Source: Camelus ferus
Lineage: Eukaryota
DNA length: 64,000 nt
NCBI RefSeq assembly: GCF_009834535.1
Contig: NC_045707.1
Coordinates: forward strand, 58,840,001 to 58,904,000
Direction of reading: 5' to 3'
Shown here: one piece after another, positions 27,540 through 41,658 of the stretch
Position numbering within the stretch: position 1 is the stretch's first letter
How the letters are laid out: each line of letters begins with the position of its first letter
The notes under the pieces: generated by a model
The model's database searches: none
What the model saw: only the letters and a program-made list of their open reading frames with translations
What the model was told of the DNA's origin: nothing
Position numbers and translations under genes: made by a program

Positions 27540-28040
27540 CTTGAAGCATAGGGAGCAGCATGTGCTAGAGCCCTGAGGCAGGAAGGAGTCTGGAATATTA
27601 AAAACCTGAAAGAAGACCAATGTGGCCAGAGCACAAGAATGAGACAAAATATATGAGAAATTAGGCTGGTGAGTAGGAGGAACCAGATAATGCATGGACT
27701 TGAACGTCAAGGTAAGAATAGTAGAATTGAGAAGGCAAGGATGGTTTGGTTATGCTGTGGCAATGGAGGTGGAGAGAAGTAAACAGATTTAAAAGATATT
27801 TATAAGCTAAAATAATTAAGTTATTATATATTTTAAACTTGGGGTTAAGAATGAGAGACATGCAAACAAAGATGCCTGTCAGGTTTCCTGATAACACAAC
27901 TAATGGATAGTGGAATCATTCACTACAGTTAAAGATACTGGAGAAGGACCACATTTGCTGGTGAAAAGAATAAGTTCAGTTTTTCAGCGATGAATTTGAG
28001 GTCTTTAAACATCCAAATAGATCTGTTAAATTGGCAATTG
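27540..28040 (-). mobile_element. L2 fragment, antisense
   Basis: gccctgaggcaggaaggag...gaagaccaatgtggccagagc...ggaggtggagagaagtaaacagattt...aagttcagttt..tgaatttgagg. Confidence 0.7.
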
Positions 28041-28639
28041 TATTATATCACCCTCCAAATTTGCAAGGAGTGCTGGCATTCTTAATCAAATAAGTATCTA
28101 GTGTTTGAGATTTAGGTAAAAGGGAAAAAAGAAAGGAAGAGGGAGAAGCTTCCCCTAAACAATGAAGAAATCATCTTTCATGATAATGCAAATATTCCCA
28201 CAGAGTGCAACTCATGCATTGCCTCCTCTGTGAAGCCATAGCTGCCTTGACTAATTGATTATTTACTGTCATGTACTTTCAAAAAGCTTTGCACTTCCCT
28301 GCTACAACTTATACAAGAAGCTTCAAGAACTTGACAGCATCCTCTCCTTTCAAGTCTCACGTTGGAGTGGAGGGTGTTGTACTTCCTATGCCTTTGAAGT
28401 TATAGACCATGTACACTGGATCCGGCTAATGGTCTGTCACCAGAAATTATATACATCCAACTAGTTAGTTCCTGGTGAGAAACCTTCCAGTGCTTTCCCC
28501 CTACTGTCATACCTCCTTAAGCAGTATGTTGAGATGATAGTGTTATAAGTCACTGAATCCCTCAACAGTCTGGGTCCCTGAATCACTATGCAAATCAGAG
28601 GACCTTCCCCCTCCTCCACCACACCAAATACACATGCAC

Positions 28640-28755
28640 TGATCCACAATGGTTATGTAGTATGAGCAAAAAGTAAGACTTAGGTGTTTAAGCCACTGAA
28701 GTGTTCGTATTTTTTGCTACTATAGCATATCTTACCCAATCCTGACTATTTCACA
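28640..28755. mobile_element. MaLR LTR (MLT1-like) 3' fragment
   Basis: tgtttaagccactgaagtgtt..tttgctactatagcatatcttacccaatcctgacta. Confidence 0.55.
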
Positions 28756-28804
28756 GCTCACACCTGAATATATTATCATTACTTTCTTATGGTGACTCTC
28801 TTAC

Positions 28805-29027
28805 CTGAACTGCACTCTTCTGTAAGTAGTTGACATGATTTTCTTCAAATATTTTTGAGCAGACTGATGAACGACTGAAAAATTGACGACATAATCTCCA
28901 ACCTCATCCACTATTATGAGAAAACTCACATGGATAGTGGGAAATACAAAAAAGCATTTCTGTGCAGAGCCACTTGAATGTCTAATTACCTTGCAGGGAA
29001 ATATCATGATCGATTACAGATCCTCAC
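28805..29027 (-). other. candidate alternatively spliced exon(s) of the minus-strand gene
   Basis: Acceptor ctgtttttcggtacatttctgtgctcacag|GTGAGG at 29028/29027; donors CAAG|gtaatt (28990/28989) and TTCAG|gtaaga (28805/28804); local CpG retention. Confidence 0.4.
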
Positions 29028-31199
29028 CTGTGAGCACAGAAATGTACCGAAAAACAGCTGGTAAAATCCCCACATCGTGAACTTAGTGACAGATTGAGGG
29101 TTTTAATATTATTTACTTATTTTTATATTTGAACACAAAATTCTAAACACTTACACTCAGTCTTCATTGTTGCTTCTATAGACTACTTCTCTATTCACCA
29201 GTTTAAAGAAAGAGAAATAATCTCCTATAACATGTGTATTATCTTCCTCTACTCTATAAAACATGTCATCCATAACCAAAAAACGGAGTACAATGTATTG
29301 ACACCATTTCACCAAAAAAGAAAGCTTAACAGCCTTTAACTAATAGCTATTAACTGAATTCCTCAGAAGGCAGCAGACCAACATGAATCTGCTTGACTGA
29401 GAATGGCCAGTGACAGCATGGGAGCCAGATTCACCGTAGGCTTAAAAAAATACAGTGTAAATTCACGCAAAACCACCTACATGTGAACACAGCAAGAATG
29501 CTGTCATTTTTGTAGGGGAATTCTACTAAATTTTATCCTTTTGCAGTATTATACTTTATATTCAAAATAAGCCATGGCAAGTTCTTGTATATCCATTATA
29601 TTATACTTGTGTGTGTCCAATGGAATCTTAAATATTCTTATCATTCTTTGAAAATTGGTGATACTTTTTTAGGGAAGTGTTTTTAAAACTACAGATTGTT
29701 ATCCATTGGTAGGTTGTTACATTAAGTTAGTTGATCATAACAAGTATTTTATTAATGAATTAGGGAAAAAAGAGAATTGAAAAGGAAGTACCAGAATATA
29801 ACACCAGTAAGAAATATTTCTTTGAGCTTTTGTTCATCTATCACACATTTCAAAGTGTGTGTCTTTGAAAGCATTCTGAGTTTGGATGTCTTTCAAAAAC
29901 ATTAGAAAATATAGATTTAGTGGATTTATTCATTCACCCATTTAATAAACATGTTATGTAATGCTCTCTTCCTACTGTTTGTCAGGCAATGGAGAGTTAA
30001 GAGAGCTTAAAAAAATATTGCAAAATCCTGAAAAATTTGCATTTAGTGGACTGGTCATATATATTAAAAAATCTAAATACATTATATATGCAAAGTATAG
30101 ATATAGTAAAACAAGATATTTAGGATACAAAAGAGCCTTGTTTCCACAGATAAGGAAAACAGAGTGTATCACTTATCGACAAGAATGGTCTATTATAACA
30201 CTCTTGCTATATTAACATACAGGTAGCTTTGTGTGGATTCAGCAAAGAATACTTCCTTTTCAAAATATGTTATCATCAAAGTATAATGTCTATAGGAGTC
30301 TTAGGGGAAAAAAGAATGCAGTTTAAGACTGACTTTTTAATTATTACTTCATTACTGCTGCAGCATATTGTGTGGTACTGCAGTCTTACAAAAGTTAATA
30401 TGCCTCTGTAAGCACCTAGTTTACTATCACAGAGTGACATAGGTAGACTTGGGTTATTGAGTTCCTGAAACCAGGATATGAAACTAGATAGAGGAAAAAT
30501 AATTTCCGGTTAATGGTCTGAAACCCATGTTGTCTAAATGATCATCGGCACAAAATAATTTGTTTCATTATGTTTTCAGCATTTATATACTTGTGTTTCA
30601 AAAATCTAAATTCAAGTTTTCAAGTTTTTTAAGATATAATCAAACATATGCTCAAAAGGAAATTACATTAAAAAAATCATTGTGATAAAAAGCTAAGGTG
30701 CACATACAAATTTAGAGAAATAATAAAACTGGGGGGAGGCTATGTATTCAACTCCCTTAGAAGTGAGGGCAAAAGGAGAAAGGTTATTAAGATTTAACAA
30801 AAGACACACAGAAAGTGTCTAAGGAATCTGTGCCAAAATGAAAAGAATTTACTCTTCTAAAGATGAAAATGGAGGATATAGGACACCTGAGAATGTATTT
30901 TGAAAGTCAGGGTGGAAAAAGTATGTATTTCATGATTGTAACCATGAAAAAATAAGCATGGTAACGACTGGAAGCGTGTCACAGAGAAATAGACACCACA
31001 CGTATTTAGATAATGTTGAGGTTATGTGGGATCATATTGTTTTGAAAATTTCCTTAATATTTGCAGATTGCTTTTAATTAAGATATGAAAGCAGACTTAA
31101 ACTCATGAAACCAGCATGTTTACAACTTCAGCTACATTTGTTTTTTGTCTCTTCAGTAAGTAGACCAAGCTCATTCCATTTACCATTTATTAGCCTGTT

Positions 31200-31400
31200 A
31201 ATAATATTATTTAATAGCATTTCTCACTATTTAAAAACTACCTTAGTTATGTTCTGTTATTTTTAATTATCTGTCCTCTTCCCTAGAATGTCAGCTCCCC
31301 CAAAGCAAGGAACTTGTCTACTGTGTTTGCTTCTGTATTGCCAGCACCAGAATAGTGCCTGGCATGTAACAGGCACATCACGGCACTCACTGAAGAAGTA
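31200..31400 (+). mobile_element. L2 3' end fragment
   Basis: ctagaatgtcagctcc..gcaaggaacttgtc..ctgtattgccagcaccagaatagtgcctggcatgtaacaggcac. Confidence 0.75.
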
Positions 31401-32039
31401 CGTTATTCCTAAATAATTCCCTTTCAGTTTGGGGAAAGGCAACGAGGAAATGTATAGTGTTTATGTGCAAATTTATTCTGTTGTATCTGTAGCAATATAT
31501 AGGTAGTTAAGAAATTTATAAATAACACTCTATAAACTCCTGGAAATAACCACCCCTATGCAAAACTAACAACATTTTGAAATACTGACATATACATAGC
31601 TTGGATATAGCTTTAGTTGGCTGTTCTCAGCCCTACTGAACTCCAAATCCTCAAGTCCTCTATCTTCCTACTGAATTTAAATTAAAAAAAGAAAGAAAGG
31701 AAGCAAAGGCAATAAGGCAAGGACCCAACTAGAGTTAAATGACACTCAACTTGGCCTTCAGCCTCTCAAGTTCAGCCTTTTCACACTGGTATAGTCATAT
31801 TGCTTGTAAAATTATTGACTACCTCTATGCCTGTCTGTAAACAGCCACGGCTGCAAACCTTCTAAGTGCCACTCCTCTCTACATCCTCTACTACTATGGA
31901 CCTTTCCATAGAATTCCTTGAATCTTACCCTGACCCATCAACTATGCATTAGTGCCAGGAAAAATAAGAGCCCATTAATGCCAGCAGCAATCCTCTCTGA
32001 CAGGTCAGTGCCCACACCTTATGAGTTAGGCACTTGTCG

Positions 32040-32572
32040 CTTTTGCGGGCCCTACCTCTAATAATTTTCTTTCTTTTAGCAACAGAACTCTTGGTCCAGG
32101 TAGCTGAGTGATACATTGCACAATTCTCAAATCCAGGGATGACACAAGACTCAGCTTAGAAAACTATCATGTTGCATAGCTTCCTCCATAGTGATGGGTT
32201 CGGGGCAAGGGACACAAGTGGTTCCAGCCAAGCTTATCCTGGAAATTTTTGGGGAAAAAAGATGTTCGCTTTACATGGAGATTTCTCACATCAGCGTATT
32301 CTCACTGAGAACGTTCTCACCACTGCAAAGAAAGAGCCTGATTCTAAAGCAAGCAATGACAGGGAGAAGCACAAGACAGGAAGTAGGGAGGGGTTGAGGT
32401 GGGAGGGTAATAGGCCTGGTCTTGATCAAATGGCTTGATTTCCTATTTCGAGCTATGACAAAATCCAGAAAATTCTAGATTTTATGATAATATGACCGCT
32501 AAAGCCCCTTTTCTTTCTTAAAACATTTGGTTAGGTGGCATTTTTGAACGTGAAAAAAAGAGTTCCTGACTA
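32040..32572. mobile_element. MaLR LTR (MLT1-like) remnant
   Basis: ccagggatgacacaagactcagc..agtgatgggttcggggcaagggacacaag..tcttgatcaaatggc..aaagccccttttctttcttaaaacatttggttagg..gagttcctgactaata resembles an MLT1 LTR. Confidence 0.6.
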
Positions 32573-32929
32573 ATAAAAAAAAAAAAAAAAGCAGGGGCAA
32601 GGGTGGTCAGACCTGCCATTTATTAACAGAGTGCCAATCTGCAAACATTATTACCTTTCCATTCCTGGTGAAATGAAACTTTCAGTAATGAAATGCCTTA
32701 CTGAAGCTCACCATGCCAGAGTATGGTTTTATACCCAGATCTATGAGACTCCAAGTCTCATGCTTTTATCATAGTGCAGTGATGGTTTTATTGACTCAAA
32801 CTATGAAGTGAAGTTTGCTTTTGACTCTTCGGTCTCTTTTGATCCCCTCTACCTCCTTGCGACCATCTGTGCTGCATCTTCTACCACTAAGGAGTTTACT
32901 GATTATCTGATTTCCTATGGTTCAGTGTT

Positions 32930-33125
32930 GGCTCTATCAATAGACCACTTGGGTTTCAATCCAATTCTTACTACGTAACACTTGTAGGACCTTGGCAAGT
33001 TACTTTTCCATACTTTCCTCGTTTAAAAAATTATAGACAAATTAGCACCAATCTCATAAGATTCTTGGGGCTACTGAATTGAATGATATATGGAAAGTAC
33101 ATAAAAAAGTACCTGACACAGTAAG
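32930..33125. mobile_element. MIR SINE
   Basis: ttgggtttcaatcc..gaccttggcaagttactt..tctcataagatt..tatatggaaagtac..gtacctgacacagtaag. Confidence 0.65.
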
Positions 33126-36100
33126 ACAACACAAGAATATGATCAACCTGTTTGTCCAAAAATCCCCATAAATACCTATCTTATGTTCCAATTAATCTTA
33201 CGTTCTTTCTATAGACTTTTTCCAATTAAATCTTCTATTTGCTTATATCAGATCAGCTAGAAAGTCAACTATGACAATCCACATTGCAATGGGTTTAAGT
33301 ATTTGGCCATCATTCCCCAAAGTACATTCCCCATTCTTGACACAAAGAATTGCCAATTGATGGACTTCACGTTAGGGCTGAATAATGACAGGAGCTTGAG
33401 TATGTTCCCTGCTTAGCCTGTTCTACCTTGAAATAGGAGAGAAAAAGCATCAGTAGATTGAACAACTTCCATTAATGTTCAATTCGGGAAACAGGGAGAA
33501 GTTGTATGTGTAAGTACCAACGAGAGAAATAATTACAGAGGAGGGTGGGAGGCTTCTGATAAGGCTACCACACTCAGCATTCCCTCACATCTCTGGGCGT
33601 TCTAGGAGGTGGCTTACAACTACGGAGTTTACAAATAAGGAAGCAAATGAGATAACAGCTAATATCACAGTGACATAGCGATGCCTAAAAGGCCAACTGA
33701 GCCTAGCGTCTTAGGCTTAGTGACTCCTCTTACAGATGAGAGAATGGTTCCTTCAACTGTTTTAAAATACAAATACAATTTATTCCAAAGTTAGAGTCAC
33801 AGAGGTAATGACAGTATATTCAATTTTCCTTTTCACTGGGAGGAATAGACCTGTATACCCAATATTCAGTGAAGATGTTAGAATTTGCTTTTGTTTTTGA
33901 TAAAAAAAAAATAGCAAACTAGTTCTTACATTGTGAGAGAATTAAAAAGATATACCTGTTTTCTTTTTTAAGTACTGAGGCAGTATGATTAATTAAGTGA
34001 AAATTATAAAAGGTTTCCTGAGTGTATAATTGCAGGCAGGAAACTTAACTTCTGAGTCTCCTTTATTGCATCTGTAAAATGAAGAATCTCATCACTATAA
34101 AAATCAAATAAGACAATGTAATTTTTTTTTTAAATACAGTGAGTTACAACTAACATGAAAACAATGATTTCAATGTTATCATTGGAAGCACAAAACAGAA
34201 AAAAGAAACAAGGTGCCTAAAAGTGCATCCCATTCATTGGGATTTCTAAACATTATTGTTCTATTGCTCTTCAATTAATTTTGTCCTAAAAATTACCAGT
34301 AGGCTAGTCTTTACATGTAAGATCTTAAAAACATTCCACTCATGGCACACTCCATTTAAGGGAGCCAATGACATAAACAAAGAGACTGCTTTCTTATTTA
34401 ACTGTATGTACGTTTTGTGAAACTGACCTAAAATGTATACAAACAAAGAATGAAATCCCTTGATTGTTGACAAAAAAGAAATTCAGCAGGTAGAGATTAG
34501 CATGGGGCCCAGAGCACTGAGGTCCCAGTGAGTCTGTAGGGCGATGATTCATTAGTATAAGAAGAAGAAAGAAAAAGGGAAGGAAGAAGAGGACGGGAGG
34601 GAAAGAGGTGAAAAAGGAAGAAAACGGCAGGCAAGGCGGAGAATGCAAGAGATTATATTACTCTCTTAGCTGGAGAGCTGAAGAAATCTCTTCTACTCTG
34701 GCAGTGAATAGTAGCTTGCTTCAATGCATATAGGTCTCAAAGTCCAGAAGTCAGAGAAATCACACTGTTGCTAAGCGTTCAATATATAAATGGTGAAATA
34801 AGTTCTCAAAGGCATGACAGCACTTGTCTCTTCCACTTTGTCCTGAAGGAGTTGGCTCTGTCCTATCATTAATATTCATTCTGTGGTATCTAGGATGGTT
34901 TGGTGCCCTGAGAGGATTAAAAAAAACAACACAGAAACTGGCATATTAAGTATATTTTTTCTCCACAATTTGGAAGCAGGACAGTTTTGGTCAATTTAGG
35001 AGTACGCTGGCTTTTTGTTGAAATGTCATTTTCTTGAATTATCCAACTCAGCTATATCTCAAGGTGATTGGTGTTTTAAATTTAACATTATAATTTAATA
35101 CAGAACACTAAAAATAGGTACCTTACTTGTAATGTCATGTTGTTAACTAAGCTTTTAATATAAGAATTTCCTGTACCCAGATAGATAAAACTCAAGCACT
35201 TTAAGGCATATAATGGCCTGGTTTATACATATTTAAATACAAAACTGTGGCCTTGGAGTCTGGACATTGGTTACAATAGGGCAGTGAAGTTATTCTATTT
35301 ATAGAAGAGATTCTGGTGCTCTGGAAATGTGCTCTAATGCCCAGTGGTTCCCTTTATTCCTTCCTCACATCTGATAAAAATGCTGGGGATTAGGCAGGAA
35401 GCCAGCCTTGTGAGCCAGGATCTGGTAGACACTCCAAGTCAGAAACAGATTTGAGGCTTTGCTACCGTGTCTTTCTCCTGAGAAATTGTGTCAACTTTTC
35501 TCTGGAATAAGCTTGCTAACTCAAAGCCCCCTCACCGGAGGAGTTCACTAGGCCTTAGGAACCTGCGTTACATCATCCGTCCTCGTTTCAAAGGCCATTA
35601 AGTCATCTGTCTAAAAACATATTTGTTAATGATTTTCTTTTTCCTCAAAAATAAGCAGATCCCATACTTCATAGGTGAACAGGGACCTGATGACTGTTTA
35701 TAATACACAGAATACTGGGGGGTGGCTCATAATGAGGAAAAAAATACACACTTACTTGACTCCTTGTAAAGCCAACAATTCTAAGTTGACATCTTAGTGA
35801 GGGCTGTCTGCTGCTCTGACGCTATCTTGTTGTTTACACTTACAGTTATTTTCACAGAAAATTATGTGTGAAAAAAGATGAGTAATAATCCATCCTGAAA
35901 GCAACTGTAGGTGATTGTTCCACAACAACATCTGGAGATTCTACAGAAGTACAAACCGGTTCTCCAGTATCAGTGATGATGCGGACGAGGTTATGTGAAC
36001 AGTGAAGGAAGGATCATCAAAACAAGATGCAGGTGGATTTTGGAAAAGTACAAAAGCCAATCTAAGGATGTGAAATGCTTTTTAATAATCACTGCAGCTT

Positions 36101-39100
36101 CATCCACTGGTGTTAATCAATTTTAAAAAGTTATACTGATGCCTGGTTTAACACCCTCACCTTGTGCTTGGATCACTTGTGAGTCATCCAGAGAAATTCC
36201 ATGAAAGAAAAGCCATGTGATCAATTATCCTCAAGATCCAACATCGCATTTGACAAGTGTTAATAAGAAGTCTGGTAGGGCTGAGTATGTTTTGTCTGAG
36301 TATTTCCATGTGTGTTTGCCTTCATGCTAATGAAAATATGCCAATAAATCTTCAAGTAGCAATGAGTAAATCCAATTATCTGCTTCCCAGCTGGAGCAAG
36401 GCAGGCGTGGGGTGAGGTGCCTGGAGGCTGGTGGGGAGAGGAAGTGGGCCTCCGGTCAAAACAGCAGGCTGTTCCCAGGAGGCCACACCCAGGGCACTCT
36501 CACCTGTGCTGTGACGTGTGATGTGGGTTTTGCCTGCTTTCCCTTCTGTTTGCTTGTGATGGAAAAGTTGTAGTCAGGGAGGGTGTGAAGGGACAGGAGT
36601 GCGGACAAGAGACAGTCCCTCTCATTTAAGCAACTGCAGTATAAGAATGTTTCACATTTAAGTCAGTCTCTAAATCTGTTTCTGTTTATGTGCCTCTGTG
36701 CATCTTACCCTTGATTACCTAGCTCAATGATTTAGAAAGGAAAAGAAAACATTTATCTCTTGCAGGAAACCACACACAACTCTTGTCACTTATATAACAC
36801 CCTTTAGCAAAAATATGACTTCATTATATGAACCCTGAGCACTTTAGAATTGTAAGTCAAGCTACGTTTGACAAATAGAGAAACAACAGGTTTACTGGTT
36901 TTACTGGTTTAAGGCCAGATCCAGTTTCTGTTCCATACCCGGATTTCACTAACTGGCTATTTCCACCGAAATTCTCTCTTGACGGAGACAAGTGGCTAAT
37001 CGTCTTCGGCACAGTTTGGGGGCTGCAGTACTAGGACCGTATCCTAGAATGTTCAATGAAATGTCTGTTGGGGCTGCTAGGAAATTTAGGAAACTACATC
37101 TTAACCCAATTATTTAGGATACCGAATTATTTCACCAGATTCTTGTACTAGCTGAAAATGCCCAGTCTCATTCTATGTAGGAATTTTCCAGATCCTGTTA
37201 TGTACAAACACCTATAAAATAGAAAGTAGGTACTATCTTCAAAAGCTTTACAATTTTCCAGAGCTCCACGTAGGGAGTCCACTCAAGAAAATGACTCCCT
37301 GTGTGTATAAGTAGTATGTCTGACATACCACATGTGAGACCAGTACAAGCATGACCAGTATCTTTTCTTTGGATCACCACAATAGTAGTAACCAAAAAAG
37401 ATGAACTCTGACCTCCCCTCATTGACATGATTGGTAAATTATGGAAACCAGGGTGCCACATCCCTTCCAAGCACTGAGTTTATTTGTGGAGACACAGCAA
37501 ACCCAAAGAGAATCAGAACTAGTTCTAAACAATTAGAACTTGTGGTTTAGCTAAATATAAAAATCATAGAAATCACAGAAATAATTTTTTTAATCTGCAT
37601 TGCATTTTTCAAAGACAGGGAAGAAAATTCTAAGACTATTAGAAGTGTGTTATTTCTAATCTAATGTAGGTTTTAATCTGTTTTAGAACACTCTTAAATA
37701 TTGTTTTTAAATTAAGAAAACAGATATTTTAAAAGGAGACTTCTTGGCAAAAAGACATAATTGTATTTGAAATTACAGAAGTTGCATTCTCGGTGTTACT
37801 CTTTCTACGACATAGCAGTATTTCTCATCGTATACTTCAAAATAAAAGTTTTCATTTTTTAATAATATGATAAGGGTTAAAGTTTTACTCATATATACAA
37901 GAAAGGACTGTGTCCTCTTACTTTCCATAGATAGCATGACTGTATTTGTAATATTATTTAAAATATATTTATTTTCTTATACTAACATATGTGAGTAGAA
38001 TAATGTTCACATGACTTGGTACCACCATTTATCTTATAGTTAGTAACACTCAAAAAATGACAGAGAAGCTAAAGGAAAAACACTGTTTTCTTCAGACTGG
38101 AAAGTTTAAATTCCTGCTTTAAAAAATAGCCACACTTAAGAGAGGTTTTAATCAACTTTACAAAAATATTCTAAAAGAAACTGATCATTCCTAAAGGAAT
38201 TATTAAAGAACTCAATCGAAACACCTTTATCTGAAAAAGCAATGATCATCATGTCATTTACGTAAAAGATTAAGAACCAGTTTAGCTTTATGCAAACGTT
38301 GAAACACTTAATAAAACCTTAGAAAGACGGAAACTTTATCACGCCATTATGTCCAAAACATGTGAAAATACGATTTTAGTTTATTGATTACCTGTATATA
38401 AAAGTGCATCTTGTACAGAGTTTTTATTTTTATTTCCGATTCATGTAAAAATCACTTCTTCTTTAAGCCATAGAAGGACTGTATAAAGGGAAATATCTAG
38501 ACCCCATTAATTTTTTGCCTCTGGGTATTCCTAGTCTTTTCAACCAAACAAATATTAAAAGCATCCTCAAGACATTGTCATCTTTGTTTGCATGGTACTT
38601 TTTACAGGAACACTCCCTAGTTTCAGCAGATTATATGCTACTTCCATTAGTCTCTAATTCTTTTGGAAAATGTTACGTAATTTTAAACACATATATTACA
38701 CATATACATACACATGGATCACACCTATGTACATATATGTATATCCTTAAATGGAAGTTGAAATTATTTATTGTGCCATTTACTTTAAACCCGATTTAAA
38801 TAGCTTTGATCAATTTCATATGACAAACAAATTCAGCTAGAAAGCATCTTATATATCAAACTTTCAATACAGATGAATTTATGACAAGCAAATCATTAAG
38901 AAACATTTAAATCAAGTGTGTCAAGTATTTAATTTTAGAAAGCATTATTTTTTAGCAAAATGCCTGTAAAACCCACGCTTACGTTATTCTGTGACAGAAA
39001 GTCTAACTTTGGTCTTGGTTTTCTGTAATATTAGACCAAACTGGCTCCGTTACATAATCAAACTGTTTATTTTTGCTTTCCCTTCCCCAAATCATTTCAT

Positions 39101-41398
39101 CACAACCACTAGGAAAGAAATATCACGTTCCAATTTGGAATTAATGGTTTCTCTTCCTAGCTGTTTCACACCAATTCCAAACTTTTCCCTTTCCTAAGAT
39201 AGTGGAGAAAAAAGTAAATAAAATCTTATTCTGTTCACATGGAAAGCAGTTGGTTTCCTTTTGGTCCGTCTTTTCATGTCTAAACTCATTAATTCAGTTG
39301 TACACATATGAAGCAATTAAGTGACTGTCCTTTTGTCCATGCAACCAAAAGGTGGCACCTCTAAAAATTTAAGTTAGTTTTCAACAGAGATACTACATTT
39401 AAAAGGAGGAAAAAAAAAAAAAAAAAAGGAAAGAAAGAAAAAACAAAAAAGACTTTTAAATGTCAAAGCCCTAGAAAGAAGATCTTGTTTTAGGGACCCT
39501 AGGTAATTCTACTTAGATAGGAAAGATAAGTGTTTCAAATGGAAAATGGCTTAGAAAGTAACATAGATTACTTTGATGGTAAATGAAACCAGCTCCTCTC
39601 TAGGTCAGCAGATAAACTTATCCACTAAAGATATCTGGTTAAAGAAAAAAAAAAAAACTTTCTGGGATGCATAGATTAATGTGGAGCATCAGGCAGAGCT
39701 GAGAAAGACAGGTCCCTTTTCTTATCCCAAATGGACCTGTAAAAACAAAATGTAAGGATTGCGATTTCCCCCCGTAAATCAAAGGAAAATTTTTTCTGGA
39801 CAGTAACATCTGCTCACTTCTCTGCTCTCATCTAGGACCCACTTGGAATGCTTTCCCATTACACGCAACTAGGCACTTCTCTTTACCTCTGCCCATCTAA
39901 CAGGAATCACTTAGCTGCCTCTGATGAATAATAGGAAAGGAAAGCTTATGTTGTTGATGATGAAATTAGAAATTTCTGAAGCTGCCGTCAACGCTCTATC
40001 CATCAAGTACCTTTACTGGACCTATCGTACAGCCACCCAGGGCACATAGTTGTTTTGATATCTTTCTCTCTTTTTTATAAAAAGACATGAGGACAAAAAC
40101 ATTTTCCCCTGTAAGATTTTTTTCTAAATTGAGGCTCTCTTCCTATCATTACGTTCTAAACTTTATTCCAGTACAAGAGTATTCTTGACCCACTGAGCTT
40201 CCATGAGCCTTCTAAGTGGAGTACTGAAATTGTATGAACATCATGTTTACATCTACTAAAGATTCTTATTTAAAGAAAACAAGGCAAGAATCTGATATCC
40301 AGGCAATAAACTGCAAATACTAGAAAGGTAGAATGAAATCACCATTCATACATAAATGTAGCTTTAACACAAAAGTGTTTGCTTTGTGTCACCAAAGGGT
40401 TAATATTCAAGAAAGTCAAAATCAACATGTACACAAAGCTAACTAGATTAGCTTTCTCCAAGTAGAAATCCTAGCCTCTTGGTAATACCGGTGTCACTTA
40501 CAAATGTTTTGAAACTTTACAGTTTTTGCCCCTCTCTCCCCAAAATATAAAGGCCATATCAGAGATCCTCAGGAAAGTAATAATGTTTTCAATTTTTTTT
40601 TTTCTCTTCTTGAGAAACCCCTCAAAGTTCAGACATCACCACTGATGGGCAATACCAAACAGTCAGCCCCACAGGACAGACGGAAACAGAAAAAGTCAGA
40701 TGGCGGCACTTAGAAGCAACAGCAATTAAGCAGTTGAAAGTGGGTTGGGCCGGTGGTTTATTTTTGGTCCATAAGAACGACTCAAGTGAGAGACATAGCC
40801 CCTTGTAAGCAGGAGATCAAGTCAAACTTGACGCTTCCCCGCGCTGACAGCCCGGGCTGCACTGCTTGTCTGCTTCCTTTATTCAGTTTAATTGCTTTGT
40901 GTACTCTAATTTTTGCAGAGATTGTATTCTACCTTGTTCTTTTGCCCCTGGGCAGAAAGAAATCTTTCTCCTTTCTTCACTACCCCCACCCCTCTTTCCT
41001 CGGAGAAAAGACAATTCTCTCCAGGAGGAGAAAGAAACCCTGTGCGTGCTCTGGATGGGAGGAGGGCGAAGATGAGAGACTGAGAAAGGGGTGGGGGGGA
41101 GGTGAGAGATTGAGACTGGGGGTGGGGGACTGAGGAGAGGGAAGGAGAGAAGGAAAGAAGATGGGGGATGCTCAACATCAACTCCAGGCTCTGAATCACG
41201 GGCGCTGTGCAAAGTGCTTCTCCAGGAGATGCACATGTGGTCTTATTATATTGCTCACAATAGGCCACCCGGGGCTCCCTCCCCAGGTCTCAGGCTCCCA
41301 CCAACAAAACCCAAGTGTACCGAGAACAAGATCTTACAGACGGATTCAAGCGAACAGGCACCGCTGAGGTGGCCGTGCCGCCAGTCTCGCTGCCTTAC

Positions 41399-41509
41399 CT
41401 GGAGGGAGGACCAGGAGGTGGTGCCGGGCTCCGTCCCTACAGCTTTCCCCGCGCGGACGGGTACGAGGCACACGCGTCCTCTCGCTGCCTCTGCTCTTGG
41501 AGGGGCAGC
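41399..41509 (-). other. 111-nt 5' exon (likely 5'UTR, no ATG) of the minus-strand gene
   Basis: Minus strand: acceptor ccccttttgtgttgcag|GCTGCC at 41510/41509 and consensus donor CTCCAG|gtaagg at 41399/41398, at the downstream edge of the CpG island. Confidence 0.7.
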
Positions 41510-41658
41510 CTGCAACACAAAAGGGGTGTGTGGGTGTGGGTGTGTGGGAGGTTTTCCAGGGCCACCAGCTGGTCCCAGCTGGCCGCCCCCACCCTACACA
41601 CACCCCTTCGGGGCGCTGAGCCCCGTTCTCAGCTGAGCACCACCCTGGAGGGGCTTGC

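Noticed and set aside
37515..37540. Overlapping short palindromes agaactagttct / agttctaa..ttagaact
   Set aside because: Stems of 8 bp or less are common by chance in AT-rich DNA.
40663..40680. RE1/REST-like TCAGCCCC-ACA-GGACAG
   Set aside because: Mismatch in the left half and a non-canonical 3-nt spacer; too weak without ChIP data.
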